64,000 bases of DNA from Octopus sinensis (taxonomy: Eukaryota): the NCBI RefSeq assembly GCF_006345805.1, contig NC_043008.1:47368001-47432000 (forward strand), written 5' to 3'. How positions within the stretch are numbered: position 1 is the first letter of the stretch; the number at the start of each line of letters is the position of its first letter. Shown here piece by piece: positions 25,693 to 39,318 of this stretch. The position numbers and the translations under genes were made by a program. A model generated the notes under the pieces. That model saw nothing but the letters and a program-made list of their open reading frames with translations, was not told the origin of the DNA and searched no databases.

Positions 25693-26722
25693 ACAAGGGC
25701 TGACAAAAACAGCCAAGTCTCATTTTATTAACTATATAGAAAGAGAGAGAGACAGAGACAGAGAGGGACAGACAGCCAGAGACGCCAAGAGAGACGGAGA
25801 CAAAGGCAGACAGACAGACATACTGACAGACAAAGAGCGCGGTTTCCTTTCTCTCTTGTACAAAGCTTTTAGCTCAGAGCAATGAGTTTTTCGATCATGC
25901 TCGGTAGCGAGGAAATTGCTACTTTTGGACAACTACTGTTCATATTACTAAATCTGTTGTGGCCGCTTTCTCGTCCGTGTCTCTTCTCGCTACTTTCAGT
26001 TTCTCCAATGAAATTTCCTAAAAATCAATGGAAAGAAATTGAAATATGAAAAGAGAACAATTTTCATCGTCTGTGCAATTAAACCTCGGATAAACAACGA
26101 CTAGAACAGTTATGAAAATACTCTCGGCAAAGGAATCGCTGAATTCTCGAGAGTTTAATAAAACTTAAATTTCCATAATTTCTTTATGTTTCTCTAAATA
26201 AAACCTAAATACTTGAAAAATTTATTTTAGTTTTTAATGTCACGTTCTTTAAAGAACACTAGAAACATCAACACCAACCATTTCTTGGAGCTCAATTTTA
26301 TAAGTATCTTTTCCCGTGATTTTTTTCACGGCCGTGCTGTAACATTTCTCTTCACAACCATATTAGGGAAGTTCAATGGTGAAAGATTTTCCAATCCTAA
26401 CAAACTAACTTTATTCAACTCAATGCACACAGGACAGTATTACTCAATGTGCTCTATCTTTCTAAGACCGTACAGCCTTCATGGAGATGAGCTTAGCTGT
26501 TCTTTCTAGGAGACCATGTTACCCTTTAGTCTTACTCGTGTGCTTGCGGCTATATCAATACGCAGACGTCCGATGAGTAACTGATTCGTACAGTTACAGC
26601 TTTGCTACTTTGTACACATAGTTGGAATACTTTCCTTTGATTACTGAATACTCTTTGTTCTAAGTTTGCACCATGCTTCATTGATAAGAATTTCGCTAAT
26701 AGCAGGAGAGAATACATTTACC

Positions 26723-26956
26723 TATTTCTTTACTACCCCAAGGGGCTAAACACAGAGGAGACAAATAAGGACAGACAAACAAATTAAGTCGATTACATCG
26801 ACCCCAGTGCGTAACTGGTACTTAATTTATCGACCCCGAAAGAATGAAAGGCAAAGTCGACCGCGACGGAGTTTGAACTCAGAACGTAACGGCAGACGAA
26901 ATACCGCAAAGCATTGCACCCGGCTTTGCTAACGTTTCTGCCAGCTCAACGCCTTA
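26723..26956 (-). mobile_element. SINE family B, monomer with 16-bp TSD
   Basis: TSD agagaatacatttacc at 26707-26722 and 26959-26974. Confidence 0.93.
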
Positions 26957-27405
26957 GCAGAGAATACATTTACCGTTAGACGGACATATATATGAACGCT
27001 CCAGTGCTCGACTTAGAATCAAGTACATCTTGCTTTCCCTTGAAACAGAATGTCAAGAAGCAGGGCATCGATCCATATTTGTCTATCATAATAATTTAAG
27101 GAAACAAAACCAAGATCAAAAAGAATTCGTTTTATTAGAATAAGGTAATATGTTAGCCATTGATTCAATGTAATGTTCAAATAGTCGTCTTGTATTTTTG
27201 TTTTGATGAAAACATATTTTGTTTACACTTTGTGCAGCATTTTGTCTTACTTTATCATTGATCTCGTATACAGGAGAATATTAACTTAAGACAGCCTATA
27301 CACCTGTATGGGTAGTGTATAACGATACACACACGCATGCATACATATACACACACACGCTATCACAAGCACAAGTGCACTTACAAACACGTAAATAAAC
27401 ACACA

Positions 27406-27690
<285 letters not shown>

Positions 27691-28479
27691 GTTGATTGAT
27701 AGATTAATTGATTGTTTGATGGATTAATTCTAGGAAGCGTAATTTACTTATAAAATTTTTAACCTCTTTCGAATTGGAAGAGAATAAAGCCTTGATTTGC
27801 AAGTACTTAACGCACTATGACCTCCAAGAATACAAAGAATAGCGGTAGAATTCCGTATTTCTTGAAAGACAGCTCTCAGAGTGTATTTTAGCGCCAGTAA
27901 GATACCACATTACTTAGCAACAGCAAGTAGATTCAGAATTTGTAGGAAGAAAATCAAATTTGTCTAATGCAACTGTCATTCAGGTTCCAACTGCTCACAT
28001 GTATGTAGAAAGTTGCTTCAATGCTGTTAACAAGAATTAGAAACATACAGCCGTTTGTGCCGAACTTCATCTATTGCCAGAGATTCGATTTAAATGGCTT
28101 TTGCAAAATAAGATGAAGGAAAGACAAATAAAAGATAGAAATTATTCTGCTTATAATTTGATAATGTCATTATGTGAAATGCACAAGTTTTCTCATCAGC
28201 AGCGTATGGTGTATGAAGGCCTACCGTTACGAAGTTTTGCATTGCAAAGAATATATTCTTAAATATACATTTTGTTTTTTATTGGTGTGCTTATTTTATT
28301 GCGGCAGCAATAAAATGGTCTTTTGTAAATGTATAGCTAGCATAACGTTTAGTACTTCAATTTATATAGCGTTCTGTAATCATATACTAAGGAATTATAC
28401 ATATAAAGTCCTACCAAAATATATACATACATATATGTGTGTGTGTGTGTGTATAACATATATGCGTCTGTATGTTTAT

Positions 28480-28491
28480 AGATAGATAGAT

Positions 28492-28530
<39 letters not shown>

Positions 28531-28652
28531 TAGATAGATAGATAGATAGATAGATGGATGAATGGATGGATGGATGGATGGATGGATAGATAAATAGATA
28601 GATAGATAGATAGATAGATAGATTGATGAATGGATGGATGGATGGATGGATG

Positions 28653-28721
<69 letters not shown>
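28480..28721. repeat. (GATA)n/(GGAT)n array
   Basis: Direct reading. Confidence 0.98.
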
Positions 28722-28722
<1 letters not shown>

Positions 28723-29762
28723 AGCACACGTTTACTCGCATACACCTTCGTAATATACAAGCCATATTCAATATTTTCTCATATAATACAAGCTAAGCTG
28801 GTATGCTTTCAATAACTATTAATTATAATTGTTAATTTAGAGTTAATGATTTTTGTTTGTGACTTCATATCGATAATTAAAACAGGTTTTAAAGTTACAA
28901 AGAAAATCTCATTTGATGTATTTTGCAGAAACTATTTTTGAAAAGAAAAGAAAAAAAAAGCAACAATAATCTTAACTAGCATTTAATGGCTCGTTAAGTT
29001 TATTGTATAAAACCCGTGATCCACCTAGAATAAGTGCAATGAAATATGCACAGGGTCACATAAAAGAGACAAGCCGACTCACAGGCTTACATTATAGTCG
29101 TACTCAGGATCTTAAACGCCCTGTCAATATTTGAGCGTATTATACAGAATTCTGCTCAATACTTTTTTTCTTCTAATCTTGTATGTTATGTAAGTTATAT
29201 ACGTCTGCGCGCGTGCATCAAAACGAATTGCAGTAAATAAAATGGCATACAAAACAAATTGCTCATTTATCGAAATTCTTTCTCTTCAAGAGAAATTAGA
29301 AACAAATGCCTGCTGGCAGTTGCAATCGACTCCAATTAACAAAGAATCAAGAATGGTCTAAAATTGACATGCCATTAATGAAAGGACATTCTGGTTGTTT
29401 GGGAATAGGAGGACAGCTATGAGCACGTATTCTTGTCTCAATAGACATAATTAACACAGTAGTTACCTTGCTTTGAATCCAAAAGTTGAGATACTTAGAC
29501 ATTTACCGAACCAATACACGATATATATGGCTAAACAGAGTAATTTGCTGAACGAAAATGAGTTGAGGACAATTACTCAGCGTGACCAGTGTTATTGATA
29601 CAAACAAAGAGAAATAAGGTCGTATGAAATAACAGTCAAGATAAATTATGGAGTATTGAAAGCATTTTCCGTTTGGGCGAACAATAAGGAGGAAACGCCT
29701 TTCGGTATTTGCGATTAACTCCAAATGAGAATGGAACAGAAGTTCGGTATGACACCTGTAAG

Positions 29763-30030
<268 letters not shown>

Positions 30031-30044
30031 CCCTTCCACTAATC

Positions 30045-30201
30045 CCCTATAGAATGCTTTGGTTGTGTTGAACTCGCTCAAGGTCAACCCGGGACAGCAT
30101 AGTTGTTTGAGAGCAACGCGACACTTGCGGTGTCATTCGCCCTTCCTCGGCCTCTTTTTGATCCAGGCCAAGGAAGGGCGAATGGCACCGCGAATGTCGC
30201 A
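30045..30201 (-). mobile_element. Short internal fragment of a Tx1-like ORF2 C-terminal region
   Basis: GC-rich, coding-like island (…SEFNTTKAFYRGLVEG) between the (CT)n/(ATCT)n and (GTAG)n arrays, same strand as the adjacent LINE. The family assignment is from recall. Confidence 0.5.
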
Positions 30202-30389
30202 GGTAAGTAGGTAGGTAGGTAGGTAGGTAGGTAGGTAGGTAGGTAGGTAGTAGGTAGGTAGGTAGGTAGGTAGGTAGGTAAGTAAGTAGGTAGGTAGGTA
30301 AGTAGGTAGGTGGGTAGGTTTGTAGGTAAGTAGGTAGGTAGGTAGGTAGGTAGGTAGGTAGGTAGGTAGGTAGGTAGGTAGGTAGGTAG
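30202..30389. repeat. (GTAG)n array, the tail of the adjacent minus-strand Tx1 element
   Basis: Direct reading; abuts the LINE 3' end. Confidence 0.97.
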
Positions 30390-31872
30390 ATTTCTTTATT
30401 GGCCACGCAGGGCTGAACACAGAAGAGACAAAATACAAAGTAGTGCTTTTCTCTTTGGGAAGAAAAGAAGGAAAAAAAGTGGATCAAATTCCGATCAAAA
30501 GAAATCGCGAAGAAAAAAAAGTGGTGACGGCTCCTCGATTCACAAAACCGAGGATGATCCCGATTTGCTGTCAGTTGCAGTACACTGCTGCCAAGTCGTC
30601 TCTAAACAAGTCTGGCATACAACTGTAAAGCTCGTAGGATAGACCATCCGAACCCTACGATTTGTCCCTCAAGCATTCTGCCATCGCATCCCACACTCCC
30701 GCCGCCGTGATAGCACCTTCGCAGCGCCCTGCCTCTCTTGTCGATACTCATGATAGGCTGTGTAGGTAGGCACTGAAGTCCACCCTGCTTTCTCGCCCGC
30801 CACTCGTTCCGAACAGTCAGGCAAAATACTGTTGAAAGGCCTCACACATTTTACTTGGCTCGAGTAATTCACACCCCTGTTCATCTACCAGAGACCGAAT
30901 GGTGGCTTTGTTGTCCTGTTGTACCTCTGTCACCCTGGCCTCTCGCGCGGCTCCAACAACTTGGTTCCTTAGAGCACGCATCGTAGCTCAGACAACACAC
31001 CCTTCGTGTTTGGCGTTGAAGTCTTGGTCGAGGACCAGCCTCACCGCCAAAACGTCGGATACGATGCCGATTCTAATTGCCTCTGCTAGCTTCTCAACTA
31101 GGTCACACTCTACTCTGTTTCTATCTATGGATAGTACTTTGCTATACCTAATCGCTTCTGCTTTTACTGCTCCCTCCGGGGCAAACCAACATTTGTTGTT
31201 GATGGCTCTTATCAAAGCCCTCTTTACTAGCGTGCTAATTCGGTCTCTGAATACCTGTCGCAATGTTTCCATTACTCGGGACCCTGCCTATGTGTCTTAC
31301 CTAAGTCTAGCGTACACGTCACAAGTTTGTTATCCGTGATTACAAGTTCGTGATCCGCTGACTATGTGGAATTGTGGACACCCTACATTATCTCTATCTA
31401 CTGTCCTGTACAGTATCCTATCTAGATACGATCTCGACAACCCAATGCGGTTGCTCCATGTCCACGTTGGCGTATTCGGGTGGTCGCGTCGGTACCTGTC
31501 AGACAGTTGAAAGCGTCTGAGCAGGTCTTTGAGGCATTTGCATCCTGTCTATTCCTATCTCTGCCCACGTAGTCTACATGTGTGTCCACGGTAGCATTTC
31601 AATCCCCCACAAAAATTAAAGGACGAGACGTTCCTAGGAATACTTCTAGACGTGAAAGAAAACCGGCCGGCCTGTTGAAGGCGGTGCGTAGACTGATACG
31701 AGTCGAAAAGTGCACCCATTGCTGCCATCGACATCTAGGACGATCGCTCTACCCTCCGGGTCTACGAGTATTGTCTTTACTTCGAGATCCAGACTCTTGC
31801 GAAAAAGAACCGCTGTGCCACTACCGCCCATTCTCGGCAGACAGGGAGAAAAATAAATGTTAAACTGTCCGC
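30390..31872 (-). mobile_element. Tx1/L1-clade LINE, 5'-truncated within the endonuclease and internally deleted early in the RT, with (CTAC)n tail
   Basis: Frameshifted APE motifs (GTAVLFRKSL, RLVSVYAP, WTWSN..SRSYLDRIL), the linker region and the RT start (GSDGLSYELY...NRGAVT). The sequence then jumps to a pyrimidine-rich 3' end ...gttcagccctgcgtggccAATAAAgaaat followed by (CTAC)n. It is related to the 12.7-15.2 kb element. Confidence 0.87.
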
Positions 31873-31890
31873 CAGATAGATTGATAAATT

Positions 31891-31948
<58 letters not shown>

Positions 31949-32553
31949 AAAGTACGTATGTATGCTTGTTTGTATCTAGGTTTTGCTTTTTATTATTACA
32001 ATGTATGTTTGTTTGTAGTTAAGTCGGTGTGTTTGTTTGTTTCTTTGTTGGTAGGTAGGTAGGTAGGTAGGTAGGTAGGTACATGTATGTACATGGCTGC
32101 TTTGGTATAGTCGAGTATTCCGTTCTGAACTGTCACAAACCGATATTAATTTTATAAATTGATCGTTGTTGACAGTGCCACATTAGTTTTTCCTCACTAA
32201 TGATTAACCTCGGAAGAACTCGCTTCCAGTAGATATATTCACATGGTCACCTGGTCTAATAGACATCAAGATGAATTATATTTATTCAGAAATATTTGGT
32301 CTACATTAATCATAGGAATATTTATGTACTTTTGCTTCTCTCCTCGCTTTGAATTTTCAACTCATTTGCTTACATTCATAACAACGAATCTTTGTTAAAA
32401 GAGAAACGACACACACACTCGAAAAGGTAGTAAAAGTTTCGCTTTTTCCATTCGATATTTAACTTTAGTTCAACACCCACGCATCGTTATGAATAGGACT
32501 CTCTAATTGATGTCATCAGCACTTTTGCCAGATAAGCGCGTCAGTATTTAAGG

Positions 32554-32603
<50 letters not shown>

Positions 32604-34121
32604 CAGTGCGTCTTTTAATTTTACGGAAAGCCTGATCATTTGTAATAGACATACATCAAAGTCAAGAATCAGTAAATAAAGATTGTGTGAAACCTCATAA
32701 ATTACAAGAGTAATTACTCGGTAATCAGCCTCCCATCGAAACGTCCATTCTCATTTTTAGCCTTCTTTTTTCAAATTCGCTTTGACACTTTAATTTTGTT
32801 CTACATAATACTGTTGCGTTTGACGGTTCCTCATTTGGAATCACATTAGTGTATCGCAGGAAGGAAGCAATTAATTTTACAAGGGGTAGAATCAACGATT
32901 CTCTTGCTTTCGTTCCTGTATATCATCATTCGCTATCATCTGTCTATAACCACTGATTATTCTGCCATTTAAAAGTGAAGTAAACAGAGACGATGGACTC
33001 CATAATAGTTATAGTCACTCGTTTAAGGTGAAACACAAACGTTATGATCCTACCTTTTAAAGTCTTACTACACAACAAACTGACATATTGTTTGATTTCA
33101 GAAAGATATACAAGCACTAATTAATACAAATTATTATCAAAATATATCTACTTAATGAGGACCTATTAGTCGCATTTTCAGTACGATATTTATTTCTATG
33201 TAATCTTTTTTTTGCTCTGGTTTATTTTCAGTACAATGTTTATTGTATACTGGACGACTATGTTGTCTAGCGTGAGAGGAGGGAACCGTTACAATGACAT
33301 CATTCACAGAAATAACATAAAATTCAAGCTTTATATGTTTACAGATTTTTTTTAGGTCGAAGAGAGTGGGAAAGTGGTTGTATTTTTCTTTTTTGTGTTA
33401 TTCTTCTGCAACATATTGACTCTTATATGTCTTCTTTGAAGAATTAATAACACCTAAAGGGCAAATACATCAATGGAAAAATATCTTATATCTTATATCA
33501 TCCGTAAGAATAAAGTGTTGAAGAGTAACTTCAAACCGGCAATCACCATCGCCGCAGCAGTTAAAAGTCTATCTTCAATTGGCTGTTGCTATTCTCCTTC
33601 CTCTTTCATAGGTTGATGATGAAAAATCGACTGCGCCATCTGTTTTGCTGTGTTGTTACCTTTTCATTTTGTTAACGATCAATTATTTCCATACTTCAAT
33701 ATTAACTTTGACACTTCAAACAAACAGTCGCTTTGTTCCTTCCACTCAGCGACGATGTTTCCTGACAATAGCGTTGGATATTTCCCAAACATTAATTACT
33801 TTAATACATGTTTCAGGCGATAGAAACGGAATTTTCTACAAAATGTTGACTTCTTTTCATGTATTTACTGACTCTCCCATTCATGCACTGACATATCTAT
33901 AGGATATTGTAGACTTATCTGCTTCAGTTCATTTTTTAAACAACAGTATTTTACCTTTTAGCTCTGAGAGAAAAGTGCTTCAGACATTGTTGACAAGATT
34001 GTCGTCCTATCATGTTTAGCGCTTATTTGAAGGCTAGGATTGCCAACGACTTACTTTTAATAGGTTACAGTCCACCAAGAGGTGTGCGTTTGTGCGGGCG
34101 TGTGTGTGTGTGTCTGTGTGT

Positions 34122-34268
34122 AGGCGTGGCTGTGTAGAAAGAAACTTATTTCCCAACCACTTGATTCCAGGTTCAGTCCCACTCTACGTAGCACATTGGC
34201 CAAGTGTCTTCTACTATAGCCTGACAGATCAAAGCCTTGTCAGTGTATTTGCTGAACGGAAACTAAAA
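34122..34268 (+). mobile_element. SINE family A, 5' half
   Basis: Homologous to the 22826 copy up to the internal microsatellite. Confidence 0.8.
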
Positions 34269-34300
34269 GATATACATATGCATATATATATATGTATATA

Positions 34301-34336
<36 letters not shown>

Positions 34337-34445
34337 TGTATGTGTGTATGTATGTATGTATATACTTTTATTATTTTATTCCTCTTTTTCAGTCATTTTA
34401 AGTGGTCTTGGAGGGGACAGACAGGTACAAACATACAAATATATG

Positions 34446-34530
<85 letters not shown>

Positions 34531-34544
34531 TATATACAAGATGG

Positions 34545-35157
34545 AGGTGGAAATAGCACAGAAGTAAGTCTAAGTCCTTTCAATTTAAGAGAGAATTTAA
34601 TAAAAATGATTTTAAAATTATATAAAGAAATAGAAACATTATTATTTCTAAATCTCTCAAAGAGAGACACTTCCTTAAAGTAAAGACTATTTGCCAACAT
34701 AACGTGGCTGTCCTGGAAGTGAGATTGTTACTGATGCACTGGGCATCCAGCACAAAACAACGGTCGGCAGATGTTGTTTCGTGCTGGATGCGAGGGCTGA
34801 ACTCCCTGTTCGGAGATATAAAGACACAGATATTGTGTCGTATAGCCAGCAAGAAACAATGTTTCCTGCGGCTAAAACATCAGTAACAATCATCCTTTCC
34901 AGGACAGCCACATTATGTTGGCAAACAGACTATATAAATTAAGAATATATAAAAGTTTGAAGTAAACACAGTTTATCTTGTGTCTGGGAGTCAAACCCCC
35001 AGACACAACATAAACTGTTTTTACTTCAAATTTTTAGAAAATTTACTGATATTTGATGAGATTCATCGAAACCGGGGATATTTTTTCTGGATAATTTTTT
35101 GAACTCATTTTTATTAAATTTAAATGTCTGATACTTACTTCTGTGCTATTTCCACCT
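34545..35157. mobile_element. Non-autonomous TIR/foldback element with nested hairpins
   Basis: Perfect 25-bp inverted repeat at 34545-34569 and 35133-35157, with several internal stems; flanked by (TA)n. Confidence 0.8.
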
Positions 35158-35304
35158 ACATATTTTATATATAAAAATTCGATTCGTATAGATTTCTAAC
35201 CTTTTTCAATTATACACACACACACACTTATAGATATATATACATACATATATATATATAATATGCATACAAACGAAATTCTTGCTCCGATACACGCACA
35301 CACT

Positions 35305-35356
<52 letters not shown>

Positions 35357-35554
35357 TATAAACGGAATCCGAGCCCCGCTAAACTACAGACACACAGATA
35401 CACTCACACGCGCATACACGCACACACGCACTTATATATACATACATACATACATACATACACACAAACATACATACATACATACATACATACATACATA
35501 CATACATACATACATACATACATACATACATAAATATATTATGTAGGTGTGTAT

Positions 35555-35700
35555 TGGAGCAGGAAATTCGTTGAGATCTTAGCCTTTCTATCTTTCGGGG
35601 TCGATATATCAAGTACCAGTTGTGTACCGGTGTCCATGTGATTGACTGTCCCCCTCTCCACAAAATTCAGGCCTTGTGCCTAACGCAAAAAGGATCATAA
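35555..35700 (+). mobile_element. SINE family B, 3' half with the alternative tail
   Basis: tttcggggtcgat...gtaccagt...aaaattcaggccttgtgcct, as in the 7030-7076 and 56880-56927 tails. Confidence 0.75.
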
Positions 35701-36161
35701 CTCTGGATATTATATGTGACTATAACTGCGTGAAATATTCCGTGAATGTACAGATATTATTTTCATGATAAGACATTTATTCTTAGAACATCGCTTCTGA
35801 AAAGATGACTCGTCGATTATAGTCCACAACGAAATCAGCAATGTGATGGGTCGATAATCACTTAATCGCTTATTGTACGGAATTTTAATGTTTACCAAAC
35901 AGCTTTATACAGGTTGTTGTTTATGGGCACTCGAAATGTTGGGACATCCCTAAACCGGATATTTAGAATTAGGTGAGAACTACTACGTTCAGCAATAATC
36001 TATGAACTGTCCGTAAATATATAGACTATATGAGGTTAACTGGCGAAGGGTAGAGATCTGATACTTTATAAACTGCATGTGTGTTATATATTGTATATTC
36101 CATATAAAAAAATAGGGATATGAATGGATAAAGCTTATTTAATGTTTGTAAAGTTATTTCA

Positions 36162-36264
36162 GAGCGGTTGTATACTCTCAACTTAACGTGACAGTCCCGT
36201 AAAGGGAATCACACAACCGCTATTTACGGGACTGTCACGATAAGTTGACAGTATACAACCGCTC
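36162..36264. repeat. 42-bp inverted repeat with 19-nt loop
   Basis: Arms 36162-36203 and 36223-36264, 2 mismatches. Confidence 0.95.
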
Positions 36265-37892
36265 CATCGTTCCACCACCGGTCATATCTCTCAGATATTT
36301 AGAAATTTGATATTTTTAATAAAGTTATTTTACTTTAATGAGAAACTTAATGTTTTTTTTCGGTTGTTTTCACCTCCAATCGTGATGGTAACGACACATG
36401 TGCTTCAGACCGACCTATTGTAAACACACATTCCGGTTGAGTAATGGATTCACTACAAGCTCGAGATCCATGCTTCTGTTTGTTTCCTATGAAAATCCGA
36501 TAACTAACCTTCACTGATATTTGCAGATATTTTCTTTCTTTTTCCGATAGAATAGTCTACAACACATTAAGGAAATGTCCCCTATCACTGGAGGAGTAAT
36601 TCTGGGAATACATCCACATTGATTGGATTAAGAAAAATTATGAAAATATATTAGAAATAGAGTTGAGGGGAAAACAATCCTACAATTGATGAAATGTGGC
36701 TTGTGTCGAATGATATCGGAGAAAGAATTCCATGTTGACCTCAGAGCAAAATCCAAATTGCAAGAAATCTGGTGGAACATTATAAAGGAATCTGATGAGT
36801 TATTCCTGCTGTTGTTGTTATTGCTACTGTTGCTGTTGCTGTTGTTGCTGCTGGTGATGATGATGATGATGATGATGATGAGGTGGAGGAGGAGAGGAGG
36901 TAGAGTGGAGGTGGCAGAGTGGAGGTGGAGGTGGAGGTGGAGGAAGAGTACATTTTATGCTGCTTAAATTTAGATGAGATTCGATAACACTCATGATGAG
37001 ATCCGTTGCAACCATGACAACCCCACTTCAAATTATAAACCGTATTACATCATCCAATGATGTACTGCGGCCTGCGGGGACTTACTGAATGGTACGTGGA
37101 ACGAAAAAGTACTTTGAATTCTTTTAGAATCATGTTTCATGTGATCTGGTCTCGAAAAAGGTGTCCATGCTCGCTGCTGTAAATGATCACATGATCTGCT
37201 AGAAAGGGCAGCCATAAACATCTCAATCACACCCTACCCTTTAGTGAAAATAGCGTGGCTTCATCACACCGTTATTTCCTGAATCATGAATACCGGCAAA
37301 GTAGGAAGGTACCACCTATTTCTTTAAAGTCAATTAAAAACCTCTTCCACGAGTGTTGAACGCGGCACTCTTTAATTCCTCCCGCCTAACACTGATTAAA
37401 ATAATGAAGTATAACCACACTTTCCTGCTTTTCTCATATTAAATATATACACAACATTGAAATGTACCTTTATTGGATGCTGTTAGGAAACAGTCTCGGC
37501 GACGAGATATGATTGCACGAGTTTTCAGCGGGTTGCATGTTACTATATTAATCAGTTGTTGATCGTTCTTCTTTGTACGTCTCACTTGCTCAGTTCTTTA
37601 TTTGCACTTTTACTAATGAACATCCGATAAATTGTATCTTTGTTCTTGCCTATCGTCAACGTTCATTACAGATTGGGAAATCTATATTGACTTGATTATC
37701 TCTGTGTATCAAAGTGAATTTGATGTGGAGATCAATCACTAAACCTCACTTGATACACATGTACGCGCGTGTATATGAATATGTATGACTTCGTTCACAC
37801 GGACAGTTGTATGTGTACATACACACATACACACACGCACACACATATTTACACAGCTGTATGTATGTCTGCTTTCGTAGATGAATATGGTG

Positions 37893-38517
<625 letters not shown>

Positions 38518-39132
38518 GTGAAGCTAGTTTCATAATTGTGAGCGAGTGAATGAATGACAACCCGAAGATTAATGGCATTCCTGATTTCCTATAATTCATG
38601 TTATTTATTTTTCAAACGTTTTCAATTCACTAAAATTAGCTACAATCATTAATCTATCTGGCAGACACATTTACTCGTTTATTCTGGAAATATTCTATAT
38701 GCAAACCTATTTGTTCATTCATTTTATCTTAACTATTGAAGTACGTCCAAGCCATTTAAGATAAATTGCTTCGTCACTAAAGATTTGTTTTGATGCACTA
38801 TATATATATTACTAAACAAGAAAGATGTCGACATTTAGAGATACAAAGGATGTAGCTGTACTACTATACCTCTGCCATTCAATGTTCTAGAAAAAAGTAG
38901 ATTCCGTCCCATTCCGTGGCAGGCAATATAAAGGAAATTCAACTTGATTAGTGTTTTTCTGCAGTCATAGAATCATCTTGTGCTGACACATGTTCCCATG
39001 ACGCTAGGGAGCAAGGAATCTAGATTATTCTAACACCATTAATAGATGCCCAGCCCTCATAAATATGAAGGAAACAATTTTGCAAGATTCTATCCATTCG
39101 CAGTTAATGCAGTGGGGAGATCGTTATGGTGA

Positions 39133-39318
39133 CCGGTAATAAAGTCACAGAAAAGGAAGTCACAATTATTTTATGGGATCCGGACAAAAATGCCCTGGGA
39201 CAAAACCCCTCGGACAACTCCCATCCCCATCAAAACCCCAGTGACGTTTTTTCTTGTGACTTTTTTCTGTGACCTTTTTTGCCTTTGACTTTTTTACCTG
39301 TAACTTTTTATTACCTGG
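39133..39318. mobile_element. MITE-like remnant with reiterated subterminal motifs (Mutator-like style)
   Basis: Inverted ends (cc)ggtaataaagtcaca and tgtaactttttattacc(tgg); repeated gtcaca/ggacaaaa motifs on the left and tgtgac/tttgac on the right. Confidence 0.55.

Noticed and set aside
28040-28262. Open frame AVCAELHLLPEIRFKWLLQ... as a plus-strand exon
   Set aside because: Weak splice sites and no homology recognised.
33612-33902. Strong plus-strand acceptor followed by a 96-codon frame
   Set aside because: Composition is not protein-like, with no donor or partner exons identified.
36805-37015. Poly-P/H/Q ORF resembling a transcription-factor low-complexity region
   Set aside because: A trinucleotide repeat patchwork that ends in a stop right after the Q run, with no domain or convincing splice context.
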